34,754 bases of DNA from an uncultured Clostridia bacterium. GTDB taxonomy: Bacteria > Bacillota > Clostridia > Oscillospirales > Oscillospiraceae. Under the pieces are notes generated by a model, which had not been told where the DNA came from, made no database searches, and was given only the letters and a program-made list of their open reading frames with translations. The stretch spans positions 1 to 34,754 of the forward strand of contig CAMVOG010000001.1 in assembly GCA_947169005.1 (NCBI GenBank), in the 5' to 3' direction. Position numbers and translations under genes: made by a program. Below, in pieces: positions 23,819 to 32,025 of this stretch; the first letter of the stretch is position 1, and each line of letters begins with the position of its first letter.

Positions 23819-24035
23819 TGGTATCCTCCTTCTGCAGGTTGGCGATATGCCGGTTGATGTACCACACGGCCTTCTGCAAATCCTCCACAGTCTTTGCAGG
23901 GTCTTTCTTCCCGGCGCGGGAAATATACTTCACGGCGTTGCCGAGGTGGTATCCGAGGCGCTTGTCCTCGATGTAGTCGATGACCTCAATGGCTCCGTCC
24001 GTGTAATGAGCGGGATGGTTAATCGGGTCGTTCAT
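23805..24035 (-). CDS. DUF3310-family phage protein
   Basis: 76 aa, 'INHPAHYTDGAIEVIDYIEDKRLGYHLGNAVKYISRAGKKDPAKTVEDLQKAVWYINRHI'. GGAGG precedes the ATG. Confidence 0.8.
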   Translation of the reverse strand: MNDPINHPAHYTDGAIEVIDYIEDKRLGYHLGNAVKYISRAGKKDPAKTVEDLQKAVWYINRHIANLQKEDTNEDR

Positions 24036-24231
24036 TCAGTCTTACCTCCGTCTCCCAGTTGGGGTGCCGCGTCCGACGCTTGTGAAAGGCCCAGCGGCAT
24101 TGGTCCGAACAGAACTTCTTCGGTCTGCCGTTCGTGTTTGAAATGATTGCCGTGCCGCAGTACGGGCAGAAGCGTTTCGCGCAGCCTGCGATAAATTCGC
24201 TCAGATCCGGCGATTCATATTCAACCTGCAT
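24019..24231 (-). CDS. Small phage zinc-finger protein
   Basis: 70 aa from ATG 24231, which follows AAGGAGGA. 'CPYCGTAI...KKFCSDQCRWAFHKRR'. Confidence 0.6.
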   Translation of the reverse strand: MQVEYESPDLSEFIAGCAKRFCPYCGTAIISNTNGRPKKFCSDQCRWAFHKRRTRHPNWETEVRLNERPD

Positions 24232-24559
24232 AGCCGTCCTCCTTGGCACGAAACTATCTACGGCCTCCGGGGTTGACCCGTCAAGAATCGTGTGTTATTG
24301 TTGTATCAATGATTTACACGAAGCCGAGAGAACATGGGCCAGTGTAAACCAGACTCCTCCCGCAGATGATAGCTTCCGCAACACCTTGCCCGCAGCGTTT
24401 TGTTCCGATTGCTACGAGCCACGGGCCTAAATATGACTCTCGGTAGTCGGCCACCGTAGATTGCGGGGTTATTCATAAGGCTTGGTCATAGCTTGCCGGT
24501 TTCGGCTGAGCTGCTGAAACAGCCGATATGAGAACCGTCTGCGGAGAAAGGAGATAGTC

Positions 24560-24772
24560 ATGGCACAGAAGAAGGTATCGAGTAAGACGCATACCCAGCA
24601 GCAGTTGGATGATTATGCGAACCAGCATAACCCCAACAACAAAGCCTACAAAGCAAATCAGGCGAACAAATCAAAGCAGCTGTCAGATCGGAAAAACGAA
24701 AGGCGTAACAAAGAATACACTGACAACTACACCGACGTCGAACGGTTCTGCTTAGGCTGGTGCGAAGACTAA
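24560..24772 (+). CDS. Small Asn/Gln/Lys-rich hypothetical protein
   Basis: 70 aa. AAAGGAG lies 7 nt upstream of the ATG. It contains 'QLDDYANQHNPNNKAYKANQANKS' and is followed by a terminator hairpin. Confidence 0.6.
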   Translation: MAQKKVSSKTHTQQQLDDYANQHNPNNKAYKANQANKSKQLSDRKNERRNKEYTDNYTDVERFCLGWCED

Positions 24773-24781
24773 CTGAAACGG

Positions 24782-24815
24782 GGGACTCCGGGAAACCGGA
24801 GTCCCTCACGTTTTA
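24782..24815. terminator. Hairpin terminator between convergent genes
   Basis: GGGACTCCGG (24782..24791) / CCGGAGTCCC (24796..24805), loop GAAA, then TCACGTTTTA. Confidence 0.6.
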
Positions 24816-25172
24816 GTAGTGGTAGGTCGGCGTCTGATCCTCGCGGCGGGTCTTCCGGTCGTGGCAGCGCTTACACAGCGGTCGCCAGTTGCTCCGGTCC
24901 CAGAACAACTGCTCATTACCTCGGTGCGGGACGATGTGGTCCACCACAGTGGCCTTCGTGTATCTGCCGTCCTTCATGCACTCTTCGCAGAGCGGGTGCG
25001 CCTGCAGGAAAGCACGGCTGGCCTTCTGCCACGCTCTGCCGTAGCCACGGCTGGCGGCGGACCGGACCTCCTCCGGGTGCAGGGGCTTGTGCGTCTCGCA
25101 GTACTTAGTGCCGGAGGGAACAAGCGCAGCACAGCCGGGATGCTTACACGGTACCTTCGGTTTCGTAGGCAT
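24813..25172 (-). CDS. Phage HNH endonuclease
   Basis: 119 aa from ATG 25172. 'CEECMKDGRYTKATVVDHIVPHRGNEQLFWDRSNWRPLCKRCHDRKT'. Confidence 0.85.
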   Translation of the reverse strand: MPTKPKVPCKHPGCAALVPSGTKYCETHKPLHPEEVRSAASRGYGRAWQKASRAFLQAHPLCEECMKDGRYTKATVVDHIVPHRGNEQLFWDRSNWRPLCKRCHDRKTRREDQTPTYHY

Positions 25173-25389
25173 CAGCGCACCAGACCCCATTCCGCAAAAG
25201 CCGAAGGTCGATCTGGATGGCCAGCGTCCGCTCCCGTTTCTCCGACAGGAACTGCGGCAGCAGCAGATGCGGAGCCAGCGGCACGAAGCCCCGGTCCACG
25301 GCATGGCGGCAGTAGCGCCGTGCCATCTCTGCGTTGTGCTGCTCGTCCCCGGAGAACTTGGAGCAGATGTAAACGATCTTGCGTTCCAA
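25144..25389 (-). CDS. DUF4406-like small phage protein
   Basis: 81 aa. TTG start 8 nt after AAAGGAGG. 'KIVYICSKFSGDEQHNAEMARRYCRHAVDRGFVPLAPHLLLPQFL'. The C-terminal end looks atypical. Confidence 0.6.
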   Translation of the reverse strand: MERKIVYICSKFSGDEQHNAEMARRYCRHAVDRGFVPLAPHLLLPQFLSEKRERTLAIQIDLRLLRNGVWCADAYETEGTV

Positions 25390-25464
25390 AGCAGAATCCT
25401 CCTTTCGTTGTTCTGCTTTCCTACGCCCAGCACGGCCCCGGATTTACAAAAGAAAACCAAAAAA

Positions 25465-25517
25465 GAGCGGCCTCATTCCTTATTTGAAAAGGAACGGAGC
25501 CGCTCATTTTTGTTTTG
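25465..25517. terminator. Bidirectional compound hairpin terminator
   Basis: Outer stem GAGCGGC / GCCGCTC and inner stem TTCCTT / AAGGAA. Plus-strand tail is ATTTTTGTTTTG; minus-strand tail is TTTTTTGGTTTTC. Confidence 0.6.
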
Positions 25518-25606
25518 TAAAAAGTCCTCCCTTCTGGGCGTAGGAAGGTGGACGCACAGAGCTGCAAAAGTTTTTTGTAGAAACCGCAGGCTTCTGGGCG
25601 TAGGAA
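25513..25606. repeat. Two-copy direct repeat with 60-bp period
   Basis: TTTTGTA[A/G]AAA...CTTCTGGGCGTAGGAA. The 16-mer CTTCTGGGCGTAGGAA occurs at 25531..25546 and 25591..25606. Confidence 0.6.
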
Positions 25607-25720
25607 TACGAGAACGACAGAAAGGAGGACAACCCCAATGAAGAAAGAGGAGGCGCTGCGGAGCCTCCGGGCCGCCGGGGAGCCCGTGGCCGGGCCCCTA
25701 CAGTTAAAATCGTCGCGCAT

Positions 25721-25773
25721 ATAAAACAGCCCGCCATTCCGATCCAATCTGATGACTGATTCGGAATGACGGG
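25721..25773 (-). terminator. Terminator of the large minus-strand surface-protein gene
   Basis: Arms 25730..25742 / 25761..25773 (one mismatch), followed on the minus strand by CTGTTTTAT. Confidence 0.55.
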
Positions 25774-25811
25774 CCGGGATTCGCTTCTTGCCTCTCGCCC
25801 GCTTGTATGGT

Positions 25812-28800
25812 TTACGGCGCCATCGCCAGCGTGGCGACGTCGCTCGTGACGGTCCGGCCATATTTGTCGGTGACGACGCACCAGACCTGCCGCCCGGACT
25901 TGCTCGGCACCATGGCGACGGAATAGGTGGGGCCCGTCAGACCGCTCCTGAACGTCCGCCCGTTGGCCTCCCTGCCGTACCACTGATAGGTCAGCCCCTC
26001 GCCGTCGGCGGCCACGGTGGTGGCGGCGATCTCGCCCCGCGCCACGGTGACGCTCCCCGGCTGGCCCGTGATGCTCGGGCCGTGGTATTCCGTCGGGATC
26101 ACCATCGTCAGCGTGAAGACCGCGCTCTCGGTCTTTTTGCCGTAAGCGTCCGTGACGACGCACTTGACCTGGCGGCCCGACTTCGACGGGACCATCTTCA
26201 CGGAATAGGTGTCGCCCTTGAGGCTGCTGCGGCTCCAGGGGGCGTTTTCATCGGCGCGGAGATACCACTGATAGTGCAGGCCATCGGCGTCCCCGTTCGG
26301 GCCGGCGGCGGTGACGGTAACGCTGGCCAGCTCGCCCGCGTCCACGTCCGTATGGATATCGCCCTCGCTGACAGTGACGGTGGGGCGCTCATAGCCCGCG
26401 GGCCTGTCGTAGCCGATGGTGACGGGCTCGCTCGTCGCGCTGTTGCCCCAGGCGTCCGTGACGACGCACCAGACCGTGCGCCCGTCGCGGGCGGCGGTCA
26501 TAGCCACGGAATAGATCGCGGCGTCCGGGCCCTTGATGTTGCTCCGGCTCCGGCTCTCGCTGCCCTTGTTCTGAATGTACCACTGATAGTGAAGCGCTCC
26601 GTACCCCGTGGCCGCCACGGTGACGAAGGCCGTCTCGCCCGGGCTGACCTTCGCGCTCGTGTTCACCTCGTCAACGGTGACGGTCGGGGCCTCGTAATCC
26701 TCGGGATAGGCCACGCTCAGGATCGCCTCGCGGGTGGTGACGCTGTTGCCCTCGGCGTCCGTGATGACGCACCAGACGGTGCGGCCGATCTTGCTCTTCA
26801 CCAGGGCCACGGAGTAGGTGTCGCCCTTGAGGGAGCTTTTGAACTCCCGCCCGTTGGCCTCTCTGCCGTACCACTGGTAAGTCAGCCCCTCGCCCTCGGC
26901 GATCACGGTAGTGCTGGCGATCTCGCCCAAAGGCACCGCCACGTCCGCGGGCTGCTGCAGGATGGTGATGGGGTCGTCAGGGAACAGGCCAACGGGTCTG
27001 GTCTCGGTCTCGCCGCAGTTGGCGCAGACGCGGATCTCCTCGCCGGGCTCGCTTTCGGTGGGCTCGATCGTGCGCATCCACTCGCTCCAGTCGTGGCCGA
27101 GAGCATTGGTGTAATCGTCCTCATAGCTGTCACCGCAGCGGGAGCAGGTATAAACGGTGCAGCCGCCCTCCGTGCAGGTGGGGTCGTTGACGACGGCGTC
27201 ATAGTGATGGCCAAGGGCCGCCACCGGCTGCGTCTCGGTCTCGCCGCAGCGGGCACAGATGCGGGTTTCTTCGCCCAACTCGGTGCAGCCGGGTTCCATC
27301 GTTTCCTCCCACTTGCCCCAGTCGTGGCCGAAGATCGAGCAAACGCTCACCGTTGTAACGGTTACCTGCGCCTCCGCGTCAGCGGGATCATCGCCGCGCA
27401 CCGCCATTCCGCTGACCGTTACCTCGCCGACGATCTCGCCCGCGTACACGTCGTCCTCGGTCACGACGTAGACAAACGAGACGGAAATTTCTTCGCCGGG
27501 GGCCAGAATAAAGCAGTCGCTGCTGAAATCGGCCTGAGAGCTTTCGATGACGACGTCTTCCACCGCAACATCGCCCGCGTTGCGCACCGTCGCAGTGAAG
27601 GTGATCTCGTCGCCGACAGTCACGGAGTCGGTTTTGTCCGCCGCCAGCTCGGCCTCCAGCACCGCCTGCGGCACCGCGAGGAGCACGCTGACCTCAGCGT
27701 CCGCGTCCTCGGGAGCATCGCCATAAGCCGCAAAGGCATAGGCTGTGAGTCTGAACGAGAGCAGATCGTTGTATGCGAAGTCCTCCGCCGTCACCTGGTA
27801 GGTAAACGTGAAGGCAGTCGTATCGTCAGGCTCCAGCTCGAATTCGCAGCCTTCAAGCTCAATGAGCTCATTGCCGTCCTGGTCGAGCACCCAGCAATTC
27901 CCCACGCCGCCGCTCAGGGAAACGTTGCCCGCGTTGCGCACCGTCGCAGTGAAGGTGATCTCGTCGCCGGCGTTCACGGCAGCATCCGAATCCGCCGTCA
28001 GGTCGACCTCCAGCGCCGCCTCTGCCTTCGCCATCGCGACGTTCACGGACAGGCTGTCACTTTCGTCAAGCACGAAGGAGAAGTCCTCCGCGGGGAGATA
28101 GCCCTCCGCGGGCTCGATCATGCGCAGCGTATACTCTCTGCCGATCGCCAGCCTTGTGATCTCGTGCGCCTCGCAGCCGCTTTCCCACGCTTCCACCAAG
28201 CCGTCCTCATCGTCAAGGACCTCCAGGGCCGCGCCCGCGACGGGATCGCCGGTGACCGCGTCCACGGTATTGATGATCGTCCGCGTCGGATCTATACGGA
28301 TGGGCAGGATCACGTCCCCGTTATCCTCCGGGAGGATCTCGTCACCGCCGCTCATGACCGCGCCGTCGGCTTCAAAATAGAAGACCGGCTCAGTGTCCGG
28401 GGGGATATATCCCTCCGGCACGGCGCTCACCCGCAGGGTGTATTCCTCGCCCGCGGTCAGCCCTTCCAAACAATAGGGCTCGCTGCCGCTGGTCCACTCA
28501 TCCACGACGTCGCCGTCGGCGTTCAGGATCTGCATGACAGCGACCTCCAGCCGATTGCCGTCTGCGTCCACCGCGTCGAAGCGGACGCGGGTCTTTTCAA
28601 ACTCCACCAGCAGGACGGGGTTGTCCTCATCGTCCGTCGTGGTGCTGCCGTCGTAATCCACGCTGCCGTCGGCGTTGAGGGAGAAGATGGTATCCGCCGG
28701 GAGCAGATAACCCTCCGGCGCGCAGTCCGCGTGCAGGGTGAATTCCGCGCCCGTGAAAAGCCCATCTCTGCAATGGGTCTCGTTGTTGGAGCTGCTCCAT

Positions 28801-28877
28801 GAATCCACGAGTATGCCGTCAGGGTCATAGAGATTGATCTCGGCGCCCGCCGGCCGCGCGCCGGTGCGGGCGTTCAC
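25812..28877 (-). CDS. C-terminal 1,021-codon part of the interrupted surface protein (CnaB/SpaA-like, CARDB-like, His/Cys and Ig-like repeats)
   Basis: It is in the same frame as 28899..31061 and separated only by a TGA plus 7 codons. It has no SD and no signal peptide of its own. It contains 'GDEITFTATVRNAG' twice (CARDB-like) and four 'YQWY' repeats. Confidence 0.7.
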   Translation of the reverse strand: MNARTGARPAGAEINLYDPDGILVDSWSSSNNETHCRDGLFTGAEFTLHADCAPEGYLLPADTIFSLNADGSVDYDGSTTTDDEDNPVLLVEFEKTRVRFDAVDADGNRLEVAVMQILNADGDVVDEWTSGSEPYCLEGLTAGEEYTLRVSAVPEGYIPPDTEPVFYFEADGAVMSGGDEILPEDNGDVILPIRIDPTRTIINTVDAVTGDPVAGAALEVLDDEDGLVEAWESGCEAHEITRLAIGREYTLRMIEPAEGYLPAEDFSFVLDESDSLSVNVAMAKAEAALEVDLTADSDAAVNAGDEITFTATVRNAGNVSLSGGVGNCWVLDQDGNELIELEGCEFELEPDDTTAFTFTYQVTAEDFAYNDLLSFRLTAYAFAAYGDAPEDADAEVSVLLAVPQAVLEAELAADKTDSVTVGDEITFTATVRNAGDVAVEDVVIESSQADFSSDCFILAPGEEISVSFVYVVTEDDVYAGEIVGEVTVSGMAVRGDDPADAEAQVTVTTVSVCSIFGHDWGKWEETMEPGCTELGEETRICARCGETETQPVAALGHHYDAVVNDPTCTEGGCTVYTCSRCGDSYEDDYTNALGHDWSEWMRTIEPTESEPGEEIRVCANCGETETRPVGLFPDDPITILQQPADVAVPLGEIASTTVIAEGEGLTYQWYGREANGREFKSSLKGDTYSVALVKSKIGRTVWCVITDAEGNSVTTREAILSVAYPEDYEAPTVTVDEVNTSAKVSPGETAFVTVAATGYGALHYQWYIQNKGSESRSRSNIKGPDAAIYSVAMTAARDGRTVWCVVTDAWGNSATSEPVTIGYDRPAGYERPTVTVSEGDIHTDVDAGELASVTVTAAGPNGDADGLHYQWYLRADENAPWSRSSLKGDTYSVKMVPSKSGRQVKCVVTDAYGKKTESAVFTLTMVIPTEYHGPSITGQPGSVTVARGEIAATTVAADGEGLTYQWYGREANGRTFRSGLTGPTYSVAMVPSKSGRQVWCVVTDKYGRTVTSDVATLAMAP
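25815..26972 (-). repeat. Four tandem ~90-100-aa Ig-like 'YQWY' coding repeats
   Basis: Each repeat reads '...(L/H)(T/H)YQWY...GxxYSVxM...GRxVWCVVTDxxG...'. My hand-counted lengths are 89, 99, 103 and 95 aa. Confidence 0.75.
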
Positions 28878-29215
28878 CGCGTGGATGCGGTCACGGGGTC
28901 AGTCCATCCCCACCAGCAGGACGGGGTTGCCCTCATCGTCCGTCCCGGTACTGCCGTTGTATTCCACGCTGCCGTCGGCGTTGATACGGAAGGCGGTATC
29001 CTCCGGGAGCAGATGCCCCCCCGACACGGAGTCCGTGTGCAGGGTGTACGTCTCCCCCACGGAAAGCCCCTCTACACAATGGGTCTCGCTTTCGGAGCTG
29101 GTCCATGACTCCACGAGCACATTGTCAGAGTTATAGATCTCGATCAGGGCACCCGCCAGCCGCTCGCCTCTGACTGCGTCCACCGCGTCGATGCTGACGC
29201 GGGTCTTCTCAAACA
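28604..29215 (-). repeat. Tandem 306-bp duplication encoding CnaB-like domains
   Basis: CCACCAGCAGGACGGGGTTG starts both copies (28604 and 28910). The copies are roughly three-quarters identical by eye. The in-frame stop sits at the copy junction. Confidence 0.65.
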
Positions 29216-31061
29216 CCGCCGTGACGGTCACGCTGCCGTCGGGCATATAGAACCGGCCTTCATCCGGGAAGATCTCATTGCCCGCTTCGGCGGTGACGGT
29301 CAGGCTTTTCAGGACGTAGCCCTGGGCGGGCTCGACCGTCAGGGTGACAAGCTCGTCCACCGCCGGGTCGGCGGGCTCGGCGGTCACGGTGCCGCCTTCC
29401 TCCGGGATGATCTCCGTCACAATGCTGACCTTGTTTTTGAAAAGCCGGATATCAATCACGCCATCGTCGATGGGGTCCCCGTTCAGGATGATCTGAAGGG
29501 TCTCTTCATCCAGGGAGAACGCCACGTCTTCCGGCAGCTCGTAGCCCGTCGGGGCCTCGGTGACGTGGATCGTGTATTCCGCGCCGGGCAGGATGCCCTC
29601 CACGGGCAGGGCCTCCGTGCCGCTGTTCCACTCGGCCACCAGAGCGCCGTCCCCGTCCAGGACCTGGGCCGTCACGCCGGGAAGGGCCTCGTTCGTATCG
29701 CCGTCCACGGCGCAGAGGGGCACTGCCACGGGCTGGTTGTAGAGGTCCGCCGCCTGTTTCGCCCAGGCCGCCGCCATGAACAGAGGGCCCACGCCCTTGG
29801 CCTCGTTGGTCACATAGGGCTTCGACAAATAGCCCTCGGGAGTTGTTTCAACGCCGGAGGATAAGTAGACGTCATGCAGCCCCCCCTCGTCGAGCTTCAG
29901 CTCTGCGGTGGCGTTGAAGGCCCGGAGCCCGGCCGCGCCGTAAGAGCGGCCCACAAAGCCCTCGGCATAGGACCGCATCATGGCGTAGGCCATCAGCGCG
30001 GAGCCGGAGGACTCCAGCTGATTCATGGACCCAGGTCCCGCGAGCTCGGGGCCGTAGTCGATGACGTTGTACCACATGCCGGTTTCGCGGTTCTGATGCG
30101 CGATCATGCCGTCAAAGAGCCGGGTCTCGATCTCAATGAGCATATCCCGCTCTTGCTCAAAGTTGTCCGGGAGCATGCTGATCACGTCCGCCAGCGCCGC
30201 GGCATACCAGCCCACCGCCCGGAGCCAGTACTGGCCGTTGAGCCCCGCATCGGGGCCCCAGGCGTGGTTGTAGAGTCCGTTCCCATCATCATAGAGGTTG
30301 TCGCCCACCCAATACATTCTGTCGAAGACAGCCGAATAGATTTCGTCCGTGTCCTCAGGAATACTATCGGAACCGGTATAGTACGTGAAATCCTCCAGCG
30401 TCAGGGTCCCGTCATCCAGAGCGTTTGCAATCTCCATGAAGAAGGGCTGGGCCATGTACATGCCGTCCAGGGCCAGCTGGTAGGTTTCCCAGTTGGCATT
30501 GTTCATTTTGTGCCTGAAGTTGCCTCCGCTGCCGGGGATGACCTCAAAGCGGCTCAAAACAAAATAGACGTAGTCGATCATTCTTTTATACTTGCTCTTA
30601 TCGGCTTCGCCGACCAAGTCGCTCCGCAGAAGATCGAACAGGGCCCGGGTGGGCGGAATGGAGTCGAGCTCGTTTTCCCGGTAGTAGTTGTCGGCGGCGC
30701 CGGAGCTGTTCACCTTGCCCTGGCTCGTCACGTTATTTCTGTAAAAGGTGTTGACATAGGGCTCAAAGGCCTCGTTGCTCAGCATCAGGAACGCGTCCAT
30801 CATGATGCCGTTGTAGTAGGTCCAGCTTCTTTTTTTCCCTTCGGAGTCCCAGGTGAACCCGCCGTTCCGGCCGAGCTGCGGGTTATCATCATGGAGCCGA
30901 TAGGCAAGGTTCATTACTCTCTCGAAAGAATCCTCGGTAACCTCCACAGAGGTGTAGTCCGGCTCCTCCGCCGCCAGCGCCGCGCCGGGCAGCAGGCCGG
31001 CGGGCAGCAGCGCCAGCGCCAGCGCCGCCGTCAGCAGCCACGCGATCCATCGTTTTTTCAT
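28899..31061 (-). CDS. Secreted GH105/GH88-family (unsaturated uronyl hydrolase-like) protein with CnaB-like repeats; N-terminal part of the interrupted gene
   Basis: ATG 31061 lies 7 nt after GGAGG. Signal peptide 'MKKRWIAWLLTAALALALLPAGLLPGAALA'. Motifs include 'WTYYNG', 'LALDGMYMAQPF', 'YWLRAVGWY' and 'LESSGSALMAYAM'. Confidence 0.85.
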   Translation of the reverse strand: MKKRWIAWLLTAALALALLPAGLLPGAALAAEEPDYTSVEVTEDSFERVMNLAYRLHDDNPQLGRNGGFTWDSEGKKRSWTYYNGIMMDAFLMLSNEAFEPYVNTFYRNNVTSQGKVNSSGAADNYYRENELDSIPPTRALFDLLRSDLVGEADKSKYKRMIDYVYFVLSRFEVIPGSGGNFRHKMNNANWETYQLALDGMYMAQPFFMEIANALDDGTLTLEDFTYYTGSDSIPEDTDEIYSAVFDRMYWVGDNLYDDGNGLYNHAWGPDAGLNGQYWLRAVGWYAAALADVISMLPDNFEQERDMLIEIETRLFDGMIAHQNRETGMWYNVIDYGPELAGPGSMNQLESSGSALMAYAMMRSYAEGFVGRSYGAAGLRAFNATAELKLDEGGLHDVYLSSGVETTPEGYLSKPYVTNEAKGVGPLFMAAAWAKQAADLYNQPVAVPLCAVDGDTNEALPGVTAQVLDGDGALVAEWNSGTEALPVEGILPGAEYTIHVTEAPTGYELPEDVAFSLDEETLQIILNGDPIDDGVIDIRLFKNKVSIVTEIIPEEGGTVTAEPADPAVDELVTLTVEPAQGYVLKSLTVTAEAGNEIFPDEGRFYMPDGSVTVTAVFEKTRVSIDAVDAVRGERLAGALIEIYNSDNVLVESWTSSESETHCVEGLSVGETYTLHTDSVSGGHLLPEDTAFRINADGSVEYNGSTGTDDEGNPVLLVGMD

Positions 31062-31189
31062 CGTGTTTCCTCCTTGTCCGCATTGATTCGCAGGCCTTTC
31101 GGCCACACTTCCAGCACATATTTACCCATATTGATTATAACATGTTTTTCCATGAATACAAGGCAAAACATGAAAAAGCCCGCCCCGCA

Positions 31190-31565
31190 GCCCCCCTTTT
31201 CCCCCGCCCCCGTCATTCCGAGCCAGTGCGCACTTTTCGCGCAGGCGAAAAGTCGTGGCGTGGGAATCCATCTCTTTTTCGTGCGAAAGGCCCGACAACA
31301 CCGTAGGGGAGGGGCTTGCCCCTCCCGCCGTAATGTCATCCTGAGCGGAGGCGCAGCCGGAGTCGAAGGATCTTTTTGTCTCCGCATGACCCGGCAGAAA
31401 AGATCCCTCCGCTCGCTTCGCTCGGTCGGGATGACAACGAAAAAACGCACGCCCGCCGCCTATCAAACCCACCGCTGTGTTCCAAACGGGCGGAGCAAGC
31501 CCCTCCCGCCGTCAGCGAGCCCCCATTGTCTCATCGTAGGGGCCGACGCCCCCGGCGGCCCCTAC
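31190..31565. repeat. Cluster of GC-rich REP-like palindromic modules
   Basis: GTCATTCCGAG..., GTAGGGGAGGGGCTTGCCCCTCCCGCC and GTCATCCTGAGCGGAGG...GAAGGATC with an inverted partner ...GATCCCTCCGCTCG...GGGATGAC (about 31334..31436), and GTAGGGGCCGACGCCCCCGGCGGCCCCTAC. Confidence 0.6.
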
Positions 31566-31605
31566 AGAGAAAAAAGAGGCACGAACCTGGCGGCTCGCAC
31601 CTCTT
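31565..31605 (-). terminator. Minus-strand-specific rho-independent terminator
   Basis: 14-bp stem (arms 31574..31587 and 31592..31605). Three positions are G:U pairs only in minus-strand RNA and are C:A mismatches on the plus strand. TTTTTTCTCT follows. Confidence 0.6.
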
Positions 31606-31635
31606 TTCCTGTTCCGGAATATGAAATTGTCCGCC

Positions 31636-31968
31636 TCAGACGTAATTCGCATGCGAATTGGCGGTTGCGATCATGATGATAAGAAACACGACCGTAGAGC
31701 CGATCGCGCTGACCAGCTGGATCCTTCTGACGATGCTGCTGCGAACTCCAAACAGAAACAGAACGCCTGTTATCATACAGACGGCGGCCAGAACGATCTG
31801 CAGATAGATCAGGAATGACTGACCCGAAATATTCAGCCTTGTGATCGGGCTGCGATGCCATTCCCGAACCGCACCGTTCGGCATCCTGGCCCGGTCCGTG
31901 CAAATGTTCAGATTCAGAACGACAAAAAACGCAATGTTTGCGATGATGGAAAGGATCGTCATCAGCAT
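31636..31968 (-). CDS. Small (110 aa) three-TM membrane protein, hypothetical
   Basis: GAAGGAG lies about 10 nt before the ATG. Hydrophobic segments include 'ILSIIANIAFFVVLNL', 'FLIYLQIVLAAVCMITGVLFLF' and 'VSAIGSTVVFLIIMIA'. A terminator lies downstream. Confidence 0.55.
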   Translation of the reverse strand: MLMTILSIIANIAFFVVLNLNICTDRARMPNGAVREWHRSPITRLNISGQSFLIYLQIVLAAVCMITGVLFLFGVRSSIVRRIQLVSAIGSTVVFLIIMIATANSHANYV

Positions 31969-32025
31969 CTGCCCTCAGCTCCTTCTGCATAAAAGAAAAA
32001 AGCCGCTGTCGCGACTTTTTCTTTT

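Larger units (their letters stand above)
23530..25517 (-). mobile_element. Decayed prophage fragment (packaging-module edge)
   Basis: Minus-strand run of DUF4406-like, HNH endonuclease, zinc-finger, DUF3310 and terminase-like fragments. The last fragment is cut off against the giant gene. GC is intermediate. Confidence 0.55.

Noticed and set aside
24300-24545. Possible structured RNA in the 310-nt gap upstream of the small Asn/Gln-rich ORF (long-range GCCGAGAG/CTCTCGGT pairing, a CCCGCAG repeat, several short stems)
   Set aside because: I could not assemble a convincing consensus fold or match it to a known RNA family by eye. It needs an Rfam/cmscan search and covariation analysis before any claim.
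25638-25724. 28-codon ORF (MKKEEALRSLRAAGEPVAGPLQLKSSRI) with a strong AAAGGAGG SD
   Set aside because: It is too short and compositionally unremarkable to call a gene from sequence alone. It may be a remnant of a phage gene start.
28899-28901. TGA read as selenocysteine or a reassigned codon
   Set aside because: Many well-supported genes in the window terminate at TGA (the sigma factor, hicA, the kinase and the antiporter). I see no SECIS-like hairpin immediately downstream, and the aligned residues in paralogous linkers are not Cys.
31058-31472. 116-130-aa minus-strand ORFs in the REP-like cluster
   Set aside because: Same reasoning: these are translated palindromic repeat modules, not genes.
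25788-31676. Plus-strand ORFs of 1,004 and 600 aa opposite the GH105/CnaB/Ig gene
   Set aside because: They lie antisense to a frame with clear GH105 motifs and domain repeats, so they are shadow ORFs.
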